A DNA stretch of 64,000 nucleotides. Source: Candidatus Doudnabacteria bacterium RIFCSPHIGHO2_01_FULL_46_14 (GTDB taxonomy: Bacteria > Patescibacteriota > Doudnabacteria > UBA920 > 2-01-FULL-46-14). Below the pieces are notes generated by a model. That model was given only the letters and a program-made list of their open reading frames with translations. It was not told the DNA's origin and did no database searches. The stretch lies in assembly GCA_001779925.1 (NCBI GenBank), contig MFEK01000010.1:19377-83376 (forward strand), in the 5' to 3' direction. Shown here one piece after another: positions 39,740 to 49,531 of this stretch (position 1 is the stretch's first letter; every line of letters begins with the position of its first letter). The translations under genes and the position numbers were made by a program.

Positions 39740-40951
39740 TTAATTCTTTCCATACACTTTCCCTCTCACTATCGTATGCGTAATCCTTCCCGGGAATGTT
39801 ACTCCCTCAAACGGGGACCAGCCGACCTTGGTTTTCAGGTCAGTTTTCTGCACAGTGATTCCAAGTGAAAAATCCAGAATAGCAAGCGAACCAACGTAAC
39901 CGGCCGCAATTTTGCCGAATTTATTTACAGTAAATTGACTGAGAAACAAGCCTGGGTTATAAGAGCAAACTTTGGCAATCTGCATGGGTAGAAAATCATA
40001 GGTCTTCATGAGCCAGCCGGCAAACAGACCGTAAGTATCCAGGTGCGGCAAACCGGCAGCACCTGCTTCTTTCTCCTCCATAGTATGAGGCGCGTGATCA
40101 GAAGCAAGATAATCAATAACGCCGTCTCGCAGTCCACCAATAAGCGCCAAGCGATCGGCTTCTGCACGCAGAGGCGGATTCATCACGAGCGGCGTCGAGT
40201 CGTCGAAATATAAATGATGCGGCGTAACCTCGGCCGTTACCGGCAAGCCGCGAAGCTTTGCCTCACGGATCATTTCCAGACCTTCTCTGGTGGTCAGGTG
40301 GCAGATCTTCCCCTGGATTTCATATTTCTCAATGAGCATGATGGCAAATTTGATGGCAGAAATTTCCGCTTCCCGCGGCCGGCGCGCTTCATGCACTGGC
40401 TCGTTTTGGCTGAACTGGAGGATTTCCGGGTCCTCACAATGAAAACTTACAAACTGCCCCTGATAATTTTTCACCGTCTCTTCTACCTCCGCAAGCGAGG
40501 TAAAAAACAGATCACCAATCGAAGGTCCCAAAAAAACTTTATAAGGCACTCTCGTGGTTAACGGAATCGAACCAGAACGAATCCCCGCGTACAGCACCAC
40601 GTCGACCAGTGATGATCTGGTCAAGGTTTTTTTGAGAGCATAGCTCTCGGAATCGATCGGCGGCACGGTATTGTTGGGCATGTCTGCCACAGTCACAACG
40701 CCGCCATTTATGGCTGCTTCAGACATGGACTGAAAATCTTCCTTATAATTTTGACTGCCGCTCACATCCTCCCGAGCGTGTACGTGCACGTCCACAAATC
40801 CGGGGAAAATAAGCCCCGGAGTTTTGATATCCGCGGTTCCAAGATTTTGTCCAACGCTTTCTATCAATCCAGAATCCTGATCAATGAGAATCTGGCCATC
40901 CTGCTCTCCGTCCACATTTACGATTTTTCCTTCGACAATTAATTTGTTCAC
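39740..40951 (-). CDS. pyrC: dihydroorotase
   Basis: PGFVDVHVHARE, DMPN, EVTPHHL, MNPPLR, SDHAPH. Confidence 0.92.
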   Translation of the reverse strand: MNKLIVEGKIVNVDGEQDGQILIDQDSGLIESVGQNLGTADIKTPGLIFPGFVDVHVHAREDVSGSQNYKEDFQSMSEAAINGGVVTVADMPNNTVPPIDSESYALKKTLTRSSLVDVVLYAGIRSGSIPLTTRVPYKVFLGPSIGDLFFTSLAEVEETVKNYQGQFVSFHCEDPEILQFSQNEPVHEARRPREAEISAIKFAIMLIEKYEIQGKICHLTTREGLEMIREAKLRGLPVTAEVTPHHLYFDDSTPLVMNPPLRAEADRLALIGGLRDGVIDYLASDHAPHTMEEKEAGAAGLPHLDTYGLFAGWLMKTYDFLPMQIAKVCSYNPGLFLSQFTVNKFGKIAAGYVGSLAILDFSLGITVQKTDLKTKVGWSPFEGVTFPGRITHTIVRGKVYGKN

Positions 40952-41016
40952 CCCGTTAGAAATTCCTTGTGATTAAATATGTAAATTTACGTAATTTCTC
41001 CATATGTCAACGGTAT

Positions 41017-42186
41017 CTATTGATTATCATGTATTTCTAACGGGGCGAGTCTATGATTTGCTCCAACAACTTCTTTAACTGACCGAAATCCATCAGCTTC
41101 CAATAATTTTACCAAACCCCGTTTAATTTTTTTCGGCAACGAAGGACCTTCATAAATCATACCCGTATAAATTTCCACGAGGCTTGCGCCAGCGCGGATC
41201 TTTTCGTACGCATCCTCAGCGGAAAAAATCCCCCCTGCTCCGATTATCGGTACTCGGCCTTCAAGCTTTTTGTAAAGATAACCGATCACTTCAGTAACTC
41301 TCTTGGCAATCGGGCGGCCAGACAAACCGCCCCCGCCCATGCCCTCAGTGGCAGCGGTATTAGTCGCAATAACCCCGTCAATCTTTGTTTCCAAAACAAT
41401 CTCTGCAATATCATCAAGCTCACCGTCAGTCAGATCAGGTGAGATTTTGAGAAGCAAAGGCCGCCACCCCCACCTAACCTCCTCGCCTCGCCTTCGCTCG
41501 GACGAAGCGGGCCCCCTCAAAGGGGAGGAATTCGTTTGTATTTCCCTCCCCTCGAGGGGGAGGGCTGGGGAGGGGTGATTCAATTTCTGTAATTCCATAA
41601 GCAAATTCCTCAGCTCCTCTTTCCCCTGTAATTCCCGCAGTCCCGGTGTATTTGGAGAACTAACATTGACCACCACATAGTCGGCCAAGGGCGCTAATTC
41701 TGTAAATCCCGTGGCATAATCGCGCAGAGCCTCCTCGTTCGGCGTAATTTTATTTTTTCCTAGATTGACCCCGATCACAAAATCGCGCTTCTCAAGTCTT
41801 TTCAAATTTTTCGCCACTGCCATTGCGCCCATGCTGTTAAATCCCATCCGGTTGATGATCGCCTTATCCGCATCCAGACGAAATAGTCGTGGTTTGGGAT
41901 TGCCCGGCTGCGGCTCAGGGGTCACAGTCCCCACTTCAATAAACCCAAACCCGAGCGCGGCCATGAACCGCGCAAAGCCGCCGGATTTATCATAGCCAGG
42001 TGCAAGGCCGATCGGATTTTTGAATCTGACTCCAAAGACTTCAGTCTCAAGCGATGGATGTTCGTACCGAAACAACGGCGAAAACACTTCGGAAAGTCCC
42101 GAAAAATTCCTGCCCAAAGCCGCCACAGCATTGTGCATGGTTTCTGGCTGGATAGTAAATAAAATCGGCCGCAAAAGTTTATACAT
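41017..42186 (-). CDS. pyrD: quinone-dependent (class 2) dihydroorotate dehydrogenase with family A insertion
   Basis: QPGNPKPRLFRL, NRMGFNS, NVSSPNTPGLR, KISPDL. Confidence 0.95.
   Translation of the reverse strand: MYKLLRPILFTIQPETMHNAVAALGRNFSGLSEVFSPLFRYEHPSLETEVFGVRFKNPIGLAPGYDKSGGFARFMAALGFGFIEVGTVTPEPQPGNPKPRLFRLDADKAIINRMGFNSMGAMAVAKNLKRLEKRDFVIGVNLGKNKITPNEEALRDYATGFTELAPLADYVVVNVSSPNTPGLRELQGKEELRNLLMELQKLNHPSPALPLEGREIQTNSSPLRGPASSERRRGEEVRWGWRPLLLKISPDLTDGELDDIAEIVLETKIDGVIATNTAATEGMGGGGLSGRPIAKRVTEVIGYLYKKLEGRVPIIGAGGIFSAEDAYEKIRAGASLVEIYTGMIYEGPSLPKKIKRGLVKLLEADGFRSVKEVVGANHRLAPLEIHDNQ
41464..41578. repeat. family A doublet with nested palindrome, in frame in pyrD
   Basis: Encodes HPSPALPLEGREIQTNSSPLRGPASSERRRGEEVRWGW. 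Confidence 0.9.
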
Positions 42187-42982
42187 TGCGGTACTGGTTT
42201 ATCTCATCTCGCAATTTCTTAGCCTCTTTCCCCGGGTCTTTAGCGAAAATTATCGAGCGAGCGGCATTAATTATCATGCCTTTTTTCTCGCTGTTCAGGC
42301 CCGCTTCTACCGCAGCTTTCACATCGCCGCCTTGCGCCCCGATACCGGGCACAAGCAAGGTCATATCGCCCGTGATCTCCCTCACCTTTTTTAACTCTGC
42401 TGGATAGGTCGCACCCACAACTAGCATGCAGTTCTGGTTTTCATTCCATTCGCTCGAGACCTTTTCGGCAACAATCTGCCACAGTGGTTTTTCGTTCGAA
42501 ATCAGATCCTGAAACTCGCCTGCGCCCGTGTTAGAGGTCCGGCACAAAATGATCGAGACCTTATCATAACGAACCAGAAACGGCTGGAGCGCTTCCCGGC
42601 CAAGATAAGGGTGCAGAGTGATCGCGTCAAAACCGAAATAGTCGAAAAATGCAGTCACATAACCCGCATTGGTGTTGCCAATGTCTGCGCGCTTGGCGTC
42701 GCAGATCGTAAAAATCTCCGGGTGCTTCTTATGCAGATAATCCATGGTGAGTTTCAACTCAGTTATTCCGGACTCGCCGCGCGATTCATAAAAAGCCAGG
42801 TTCAGCTTGTAAGCTGCCGCATATTTGTGTGTTTCATTGATAATGTATCTATTGAACGCTAACTGCGGCTGGGACATAGTTTGAAATTCCTGCGGCAATT
42901 TCGTCAGGTCTGAATCAAGTCCTACGCATAACAGAGAATTTATTTCGTCGACACAGGAATTGTATCTATCAATTGGATTCAT
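42179..42982 (-). CDS. pyrF: orotidine-5'-phosphate decarboxylase
   Basis: LCVGLD, DAKRADIGNT, VVGAT, PGIGAQGG. Confidence 0.95.
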   Translation of the reverse strand: MNPIDRYNSCVDEINSLLCVGLDSDLTKLPQEFQTMSQPQLAFNRYIINETHKYAAAYKLNLAFYESRGESGITELKLTMDYLHKKHPEIFTICDAKRADIGNTNAGYVTAFFDYFGFDAITLHPYLGREALQPFLVRYDKVSIILCRTSNTGAGEFQDLISNEKPLWQIVAEKVSSEWNENQNCMLVVGATYPAELKKVREITGDMTLLVPGIGAQGGDVKAAVEAGLNSEKKGMIINAARSIIFAKDPGKEAKKLRDEINQYRNV

Positions 42983-43557
42983 GATTTCCTCCGTTTTAAT
43001 TCTCCTATCACCAAATTTACCAATTTCACAGGATTGCTTTCAAAAATTATTTTCGCCTTACGTTTTTTGGAGGTCTCTTTTAAAAGTCTGGGCAATTCAT
43101 CGGCAAATCCGCCGCTTTTGACGAGCACGCCGATGACCCGGCCGTAATCATGCAAACTGCAAAATTCGTGCATAGTGCCCCAGCGCCCGGCAATGATTAC
43201 GCCCGCATCACACGTAGCAGTAGACATTACGTTCCGGTATTTTCTGGTCACCTCAAGGTCGCGGGCGAAAGGAAAATTTTTCGGCACAAACACTATTTTA
43301 CTGTATACCCGGGGATCATCATCAGGAAAAAATTTACTGTGGTCTTTTTGATTTCTGAGAGGCGAAAAACCCCACACCTCGCCGCCGGATTCATGCGCAC
43401 CGACAGCGGCTGCATAAGGCAGTCCCGGGCAAGCGCCAGTGACGACGATATTTCCAGCTGTGGCAATCGCGCGGCCGATTTTTTCGGACTTCATTGTGGC
43501 TTTGACGATTTCTGCCTCGCCCCCAGCTGAGCCAAAAACTCCGATTTTATATTTCAT
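42979..43557 (-). CDS. LOG/SLOG family protein
   Basis: IGVFGSA, VTGACPGLP, GRWGTMHE. Confidence 0.8.
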   Translation of the reverse strand: MKYKIGVFGSAGGEAEIVKATMKSEKIGRAIATAGNIVVTGACPGLPYAAAVGAHESGGEVWGFSPLRNQKDHSKFFPDDDPRVYSKIVFVPKNFPFARDLEVTRKYRNVMSTATCDAGVIIAGRWGTMHEFCSLHDYGRVIGVLVKSGGFADELPRLLKETSKKRKAKIIFESNPVKLVNLVIGELKRRKS

Positions 43558-44204
43558 ACTTTTTCTTTATTAGCTTCGTGCCAAGCATCAGGGTCTTTAC
43601 TCCAGCTTAGAGCGTTATCCTTTTCCTCATCATTCAAATATTTCTCTTGAGAAGCTAGCTTGATTAAGGTAGAAAGATTGCTGAGTGCAAAAAAATTCAC
43701 GTTGGCATCAGCAAAAGCTTTCTTGGCTTTCTCCATTTCGTAATTAAAAATCGCCAAAACCGCAACAATATTCGCGTCATACTCCCGCTTACAAGCATTC
43801 ACAGAAGAGAGCGAACTCCGGCCTGTTGAAATTAAATCCTCTACAACCAAAACTCTAGCGCCTTTTGCCATTACCCCTTCCACCTGTTTTGCAGCACCGT
43901 AATCCTTTGGTTGGGCCCTGACATATACCAATGATTTTTCTAACTCTGCTGCCAGGAAAGATGCCCAAGGAATGCCAGCTGTTGCAGTGCCTGCTATTAC
44001 ATCGAATTCCAGATTATTTTCTTTGATCAAATCCTTAAATCCTTCCAAAACAACACTTCGCTCTTTTGGATAAGAGATTAAAAGACGATTATCGCAATAA
44101 ATCGGGGCAAGCAATCCCGTATTCCATTCAAACGGTGGATTAACGCTTACTTTCACAGCTTTTATACCCAGTAACAATTTGGCGATAGCTTCTTCTCTGT
44201 TCAT
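43554..44204 (-). CDS. pyrE: orotate phosphoribosyltransferase
   Basis: PIYCDNR, GTATAGIP, VVEDLISTGRS. Confidence 0.95.
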   Translation of the reverse strand: MNREEAIAKLLLGIKAVKVSVNPPFEWNTGLLAPIYCDNRLLISYPKERSVVLEGFKDLIKENNLEFDVIAGTATAGIPWASFLAAELEKSLVYVRAQPKDYGAAKQVEGVMAKGARVLVVEDLISTGRSSLSSVNACKREYDANIVAVLAIFNYEMEKAKKAFADANVNFFALSNLSTLIKLASQEKYLNDEEKDNALSWSKDPDAWHEANKEKV

Positions 44205-45043
44205 AAACTTTGGACTTTATCTTTAATCGAAACTTTGGCCTGCGGCGAAACAATCGAGTCAGTCGAGAACACGCATTCAGCGAGCTTGCCGATCTGCGCG
44301 GGCGAATCAAACAAAAACAGTCCGTGAACCGCGGCCACGCATATGCGCTTGGCGCCGCAGGCTTTTATTTTCTCAATGCCAGTAATCATCGTGGAACCAG
44401 TACTTATCATATCATCGATTAAAAGCACGTTTTTGTCCTGCACATCAAACTCGCAAACCATTCCTTCGATCGGCCGGTAATCTACCTTACCTTCATACTG
44501 CTTGCGATTCTTTTTCATAAATTTCCCGCCGTGGTTTTTCACGAGGTAGGATGCGCCCTCATCCAAACCAATGATCTCAAAATCCTCGCCGCCGAAAAAA
44601 TCTTTTGCCTGCATGATCAACTCATCTCCCATGGACAGATTTTGAATTTTCAAATTCCCATATTTTTTTTCGCCTTCCTCATTGAGAAAATGACAATCAA
44701 ACGTGATGAGTTTTTCACAGCCCGCGGCCGCTATCAGATTGCACGTTATCGGCGCGCTGGCAATCTCGCCATCAAGGATCTGTTTTTCATGGCGCGCATA
44801 CGGCAGATACGGCGACACCACAGTCACGCGCGCCTTGTGCTCTTTGAGCGCCTCGAGAATGAGGAGGAGTTCTACAAACATGCTGTTTTGTTTGGGATAA
44901 AGGCGATGAAATAGCATGACCTCTTTCCCGGCATACTCCTGGAGATTCGGGATGCGCACATGCGTGTTGCCATCAGGAAATTTGCCGATTTCGACGTTCG
45001 GCTCAAAAAGGTCTGAAAAGTTTGGGGAAACGAGTTTTATCAT
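44201..45043 (-). CDS. prs: ribose-phosphate pyrophosphokinase-like protein
   Basis: KFPDGN, PYLPYAR, LIDDMISTGST, AVHGLF. Confidence 0.85.
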   Translation of the reverse strand: MIKLVSPNFSDLFEPNVEIGKFPDGNTHVRIPNLQEYAGKEVMLFHRLYPKQNSMFVELLLILEALKEHKARVTVVSPYLPYARHEKQILDGEIASAPITCNLIAAAGCEKLITFDCHFLNEEGEKKYGNLKIQNLSMGDELIMQAKDFFGGEDFEIIGLDEGASYLVKNHGGKFMKKNRKQYEGKVDYRPIEGMVCEFDVQDKNVLLIDDMISTGSTMITGIEKIKACGAKRICVAAVHGLFLFDSPAQIGKLAECVFSTDSIVSPQAKVSIKDKVQSL

Positions 45044-45094
45044 ATTTTTGTGCGACCCGTCCCTGCGGCGTCCGCCCTAGGCGGACTGCTGGGC

Positions 45095-45208
45095 AAAAAA
45101 ATAGACCCCATTGGGGTCTTATTACACCTTAAGAAAGTTTACGCGGATTGGGCAGTTGAGCTTAGTCATTTCTTCTGGGATCTTACACGAAAAACAGGGG
45201 TTTGTCAA
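45095..45208 (-). promoter_or_regulatory. pyr operon promoter, 15-aa leader ORF and terminator (candidate attenuator)
   Basis: TTGACA (45208-45203), N17, TAAGAT; ORF 45169-45122 MTKLNCPIRVNFLKV*; GACCCCAATGGGGTC followed by a T-run. Confidence 0.65.
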
Positions 45209-45721
45209 ACACCCACAAGTTGAATAAAAAAATACAAAAGGGCTGGGAAAACAGGTCCCAGCCCTTTGGGGTGAGTCAAAAAGGTAGCGGAGTTTAGTCT
45301 GAGGCGCGCCAGCTTGGTAAACAGTCTGACGCAGATTGAGGATCCCCTCCTTTCATGCCTGCAAAATTTCGGTCTGGCTACCCACGCTCACTCCTTTCAG
45401 GTATGAAATTGGGAATTTCCTGTTGGTCGCGATCTTCATGGCCTACCTCCTTATTCGAAAGAAAAATCCAGAAAGGCTAACTGCTGCGAGCAACTGACGC
45501 CTTTGGTACCATCTGCGGCGAGAGCCGAAATGGCTATTTCCCATCAAGTGCCTCCTTGGAGCTTGGATGATTTTATAATACCGAACTAACCCATAGGAGC
45601 AAAACAAGATACCCACATAAAACAGGTGGCTCATCTAATTTTCAATCAGATGGTAGCAAAACAATGAAAAAGACGGCGACTGCCAGGCAGTGCACCGTCT
45701 TTTTGGATTGGGTTTTAGAGC

Positions 45722-46120
45722 TTAACTAGCTTGTGGCTGATTGCATATCCACGACCTGATAGTCGCTTTCCCAAATATGGGAATTGCCAGCAGGTTGACA
45801 CCGCAGTTTTCCAATCGTATCAACCCGTCGTTATCAATTCTTCCTGCAGTACAAAATCCCGTAAGCACCTTTGATATCTCATTGAGATTCTCAGCCGTGA
45901 TGAATATGCAGTCGGGAATTGTGACAATCGACGTCTCCGGCTGATAAACCGCCACGTACATGAAATCATTGACATCATTGCCCAACCGCGTGTATATCTC
46001 AAACAATGTCACCAAACCCGGACCGTCAGCGAGCACAGTGCCAGAAGGCGGCGGGAACACCTTGGCCTTTGACAGATCAATACCCAGCCAGCGCTTGATA
46101 AAACTTCTAAGCTCAGCCAT
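45722..46120 (-). CDS. hypothetical protein
   Basis: SD AGAGG, downstream hairpin, no recognised motif. Confidence 0.55.
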   Translation of the reverse strand: MAELRSFIKRWLGIDLSKAKVFPPPSGTVLADGPGLVTLFEIYTRLGNDVNDFMYVAVYQPETSIVTIPDCIFITAENLNEISKVLTGFCTAGRIDNDGLIRLENCGVNLLAIPIFGKATIRSWICNQPQAS

Positions 46121-46330
46121 GTTCATTTCTCCTCTTTGAAATTTGTTCAAACGAAAAACGGCCTCTGTTTGAGGCCGCCTGACAAAGTTCGTAAAAACTT
46201 TTACAATTTACAAGCGCTAGCAAATAACCTCAAACAGGGAACCGTTTGAGTGACGCAACATTTGATGCTGTGGAATATTTGCTTCATATTTTGATTATAT
46301 TCCTCTATTATAGACCCGTCAAAGTTAATT

Positions 46331-46367
46331 CACCCCTCCCTCAATCCCTCCCCCTCAAGGGGAGGGA
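46331..46367. repeat. family A unit supplying the DUF6580 stop codon
   Basis: 37 bp identical to 4334-4370. Confidence 0.9.
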
Positions 46368-46852
46368 AGAAAACGGGGATCATATCGCTTTACTAACTCG
46401 AAACTCCCAAACATCACTCCTGCATAAAACAAATCCCCGAGGAGAGTATTACGGAAAAATGGGAGGGCGTTTAGGTAGGATTGGATTTGGCCGGAAAGAT
46501 CATGGCTGTACATAGTTGGCTCGTAAAGGAAAACTAAGTTTGTAATTAGATAAAAGAGAGCAGAGCTGGCCACTGTACCGCCAATCATATTTAGCACACT
46601 CTTATTATTTCTCAGCCATAAACCAATAAGCCCTGACAAAATAAAACTGCTGTAAACCGTGGCTCGCGACTGCCACGAATCAAATCCAATAAAATAATCT
46701 GAAACGACCATGGCGGCGACTGGTACAAGCAATGCAAATTTTTTATTGAGATAAGTGCCGCCGAACAATGCGATAGCAGAAATAGGAGCGAAGTTTGCTG
46801 GGTGAGGCAGGAATCTTAAAATGGCACCAATGAGGACTAAAATATACTCCAT
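46355..46852 (-). CDS. DUF6580 family putative transport membrane protein
   Basis: RFLPHPANFAPISAIALFGG, LFYLITN, ALPFFRNTLLGDLFY. Confidence 0.85.
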   Translation of the reverse strand: MEYILVLIGAILRFLPHPANFAPISAIALFGGTYLNKKFALLVPVAAMVVSDYFIGFDSWQSRATVYSSFILSGLIGLWLRNNKSVLNMIGGTVASSALFYLITNLVFLYEPTMYSHDLSGQIQSYLNALPFFRNTLLGDLFYAGVMFGSFELVKRYDPRFLPSP

Positions 46853-46970
46853 ATAGAATTTCTAATTGTTCTAATTGACCTAATTTCTAAACAATGACCA
46901 ATGCACAATTTCTAAATTTAGGAATTGGGATTTATTTAGGTCAATTAGAAATTAGAATAATTAGAAATTT
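46853..46970. repeat. AT-rich inverted array (CTAATTT/AAATTAG units)
   Basis: AATTTCTAATTG..CTAATTGACCTAA mirrored by TTAGGTCAATTAG..AATTAGAAATT; related arrays at 39648-39742 and 47377-47414. Confidence 0.75.
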
Positions 46971-47376
46971 ACTTCTGCACTTTCTCCACTACCCACTCGA
47001 TGATATCGCCCTTTTTGGTTTCAAGCTTGTCCGCGCCAACCTGGGAATCCTTGCCGTTTATGTAGAGCTTCCAAAAATGCTCGGCATCAGGCTTCAGTCC
47101 GCCAATCGATTCCACCATCACGCCAAAATCATACTGCTTAAATTCCACCTTATCGTTTACCGCGTTTTTGAGAAGCTGAAAGGCGTTCGCGCCCTCTTTG
47201 CCTGGATAACGGACGTAATCAGATAAAACAATAGTTTTTCCAGCAAGAGCGGGCGCAACTGGATAAAGCCCCTGCTGATAATTTACAGGTGTACGGTTTT
47301 GATACCAATAAACTCCGCCCCCAACTGCGGCAAGTACCAAAACGATAATTAGAATCTTCTTCCATTGTTTATTCAT
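46969..47376 (-). CDS. DUF4430 (transcobalamin-like C-terminal domain) membrane-anchored protein
   Basis: FGVMVESIGG, FWKLYING..SQVGAD, GDIIEW. Confidence 0.85.
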   Translation of the reverse strand: MNKQWKKILIIVLVLAAVGGGVYWYQNRTPVNYQQGLYPVAPALAGKTIVLSDYVRYPGKEGANAFQLLKNAVNDKVEFKQYDFGVMVESIGGLKPDAEHFWKLYINGKDSQVGADKLETKKGDIIEWVVEKVQK

Positions 47377-47414
47377 TTGGAATTTATTTAGAAATTAGAA
47401 TAATTAGTAATTTA

Positions 47415-47966
47415 CTAGTAATCTATTCCTCTCTCCGCAAGCCGACCCTGGTAATACGGATGCTTGATCATTTTCATTTCCGTAACCAGATCCGCCGCTT
47501 CTAATAACTCATTATATTTATTGTGCCCGGTAAGGGCAAGAGGCACTATATGCTCACGTGCCAAATCCATTATCCCCTTTACATCCGCGACCGTTAAAAG
47601 CTCCACCTCAATCGCAGAAATCAGCTCGTCTGCGATAACCAGGTCATAGTCCCCTGATTTTAAACTTAATTGTAGCCACTCTAAACCCTCTTGAGCTGCA
47701 GTTTTATGGATCTCTTTGTCCTTGGTATCGCCCAAAATGCCCACAAAGCCCCTGCCCAGGATTTTCACAGTTATGCCGGGAATGGATTTGAGAATTTCGA
47801 TCTCACTCGACAATGGCCACTCGCCTGATTCGGTTGCAGTCGCGGCTTTAACAAACTGGCAAAACAGCACGCGCTTTCCCGCACCCGCCGCGCGCACTGC
47901 CAACCCCACCGCGGCCGTAGTCTTGCCTTTCCCATCACCAATGTAAATGATATTCAAGCCCTTCAT
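47415..47966 (-). CDS. cobO: cob(I)alamin adenosyltransferase (CobA/CobO/BtuR type)
   Basis: YIGDGKGKTTAAVGLAVRAAG, QFVK, ADLVTEM..IKHPY, GIDY. Confidence 0.92.
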   Translation of the reverse strand: MKGLNIIYIGDGKGKTTAAVGLAVRAAGAGKRVLFCQFVKAATATESGEWPLSSEIEILKSIPGITVKILGRGFVGILGDTKDKEIHKTAAQEGLEWLQLSLKSGDYDLVIADELISAIEVELLTVADVKGIMDLAREHIVPLALTGHNKYNELLEAADLVTEMKMIKHPYYQGRLAERGIDY

Positions 47967-48565
47967 GCTTTTTTCACAAAAAACATTATCCAATTCTCAT
48001 TTTTGCGAACAGGATGAGGTTTGCTCCCTTTCTTCAGGGTCTTAAATCCGTTTTGTTGCAAAAGTTTTTTGAAACCCTGCAAGGTATGGTACGAAAAAAA
48101 TCTTTTCATCCCAGGATAAGCATCTTCCACCAACCCTTCCCATGGCCGCGATTTGGATTTTAGAGAAATAAAAGCGACGCCGCTTTCTTTCAAGACCTTA
48201 TGCAAAGATTTAAAAACTACAGGCAATTGTTTTTTTGGAATATGCAAAAGAGAAGCACACGCCCAAATCCCATCAAACAGTTTTTCCGGCAGTTTCATTT
48301 TGAGCATATCCATCTTCTGAAATCTTGCTTTTGGCACCAGCTTTCTCGCGACCTTCAACATTGCGGAGGACGCATCAATTCCGAGATAATTGAATTTATC
48401 TTTTATAAAATACTCCGCTTCATGACCGGTGCCACAGCCGACCTCAAGTATGTTTTTGCCTTTCAACATTCTTTTAAAAATGCGGAACTCCGGCATCCAG
48501 AAATCCCTGCGCCTTTGTGCATACTCCTCTGCTACCTTGGCATAAGTTTTAAGAGTTGCGTTCAT
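47963..48565 (-). CDS. class I SAM-dependent methyltransferase
   Basis: ILEVGCGTG, FDGIWACASLLH. Confidence 0.9.
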   Translation of the reverse strand: MNATLKTYAKVAEEYAQRRRDFWMPEFRIFKRMLKGKNILEVGCGTGHEAEYFIKDKFNYLGIDASSAMLKVARKLVPKARFQKMDMLKMKLPEKLFDGIWACASLLHIPKKQLPVVFKSLHKVLKESGVAFISLKSKSRPWEGLVEDAYPGMKRFFSYHTLQGFKKLLQQNGFKTLKKGSKPHPVRKNENWIMFFVKKA

Positions 48566-48617
48566 AAATTTTCTTATTCATCGTTTATTCACGATCGTAA
48601 ATGGAAACCGAATCTTA

Positions 48618-49037
48618 TTAATTATCAAAAAAATATTTTTTGGTCCTTATAGCTTCCAGATAAATTGGAACGTTGGCAAACAGGGGGTGAGGCAAATTGT
48701 CCAAATCATACCAGGCCCAGTCCTCGGATTTGTCAGGCTCCAGGTTCTGCGGCTCCCCGCTTTTCCAGTCAGCAATTATACCGATATTCACGAAATGCGC
48801 TGGTGGATACGTTTTGAGATTGGAAAGACTCAAAAACCTTAGATTATCTATTTCCATGCCGGTTTCCTCACGGACCTCTCGCCTCGCGCACTGCTCAAAT
48901 GATTCCATATTGTCGAGCCCGCCGCCGGGAGGGGCATATTGTCCTTCGCCATGAGCGCCTTTTCTTTTGCCTAGCAAAACTTTCCCGTCCTTCAGCACCA
49001 TTACTCCGATTCCAACTTTGGGAATATTGTCGTTCAC
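48618..49037 (-). CDS. NUDIX hydrolase (MutT/NUDT15-like)
   Basis: PKVGIGV, GG..DNMESFEQCARREVREETG. Confidence 0.92.
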   Translation of the reverse strand: MNDNIPKVGIGVMVLKDGKVLLGKRKGAHGEGQYAPPGGGLDNMESFEQCARREVREETGMEIDNLRFLSLSNLKTYPPAHFVNIGIIADWKSGEPQNLEPDKSEDWAWYDLDNLPHPLFANVPIYLEAIRTKKYFFDN

Positions 49038-49486
49038 AAGATTTCGAAAAGCTCTCTTAATTCTCTAATCCTATGCGTCGGCTGGCCTGTTTCCGCATTG
49101 GGCAGTTCCTGTGCATACTTTCCTTTTTCCAACCAAACTGTCGGATGGCCATGCTCGTTTCCGTATTTTATACCGCGCACTGTTCGATCATCAACAATCA
49201 TTATTTCCGAACGAGGCAAATCCCAATTCCTGACAATTTCATCGAGAAATTTATCTTTATACTCTGCGGTCACAAAAAATAAATCCAAATACTGACGCAA
49301 TGGCGAATTTTCGATAAGCTGAGTTCGTCCTTCCACCGTATGATTGCCGCTCACCTTGGAGACCAAAGCCATCCTACAGCCTTTTTCTTTACAGAATCGT
49401 AAAATCTCTTTTGCACCATCGGCTTCGCGGTTCAAATCATTGTCGTAAAGCGTTCGCCCCCAATCAAAAATAACGGCTTTGATCAT
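49034..49486 (-). CDS. HAD-superfamily hydrolase
   Basis: KAVIFDWGRTL, IVDDR. Confidence 0.8.
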   Translation of the reverse strand: MIKAVIFDWGRTLYDNDLNREADGAKEILRFCKEKGCRMALVSKVSGNHTVEGRTQLIENSPLRQYLDLFFVTAEYKDKFLDEIVRNWDLPRSEIMIVDDRTVRGIKYGNEHGHPTVWLEKGKYAQELPNAETGQPTHRIRELRELFEIL

Positions 49487-49497
49487 ACCTGTATTTC

Positions 49498-49531
49498 TCT
49501 CCCCCTCGTGAGGGGGATCTGGAGGGGGTTA
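49498..49531. repeat. family A unit at the 3' side of DUF559-2
   Basis: TCCCCCTCGTGAGGGGGA-TCTGGAGGGGGTTA. Confidence 0.85.
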
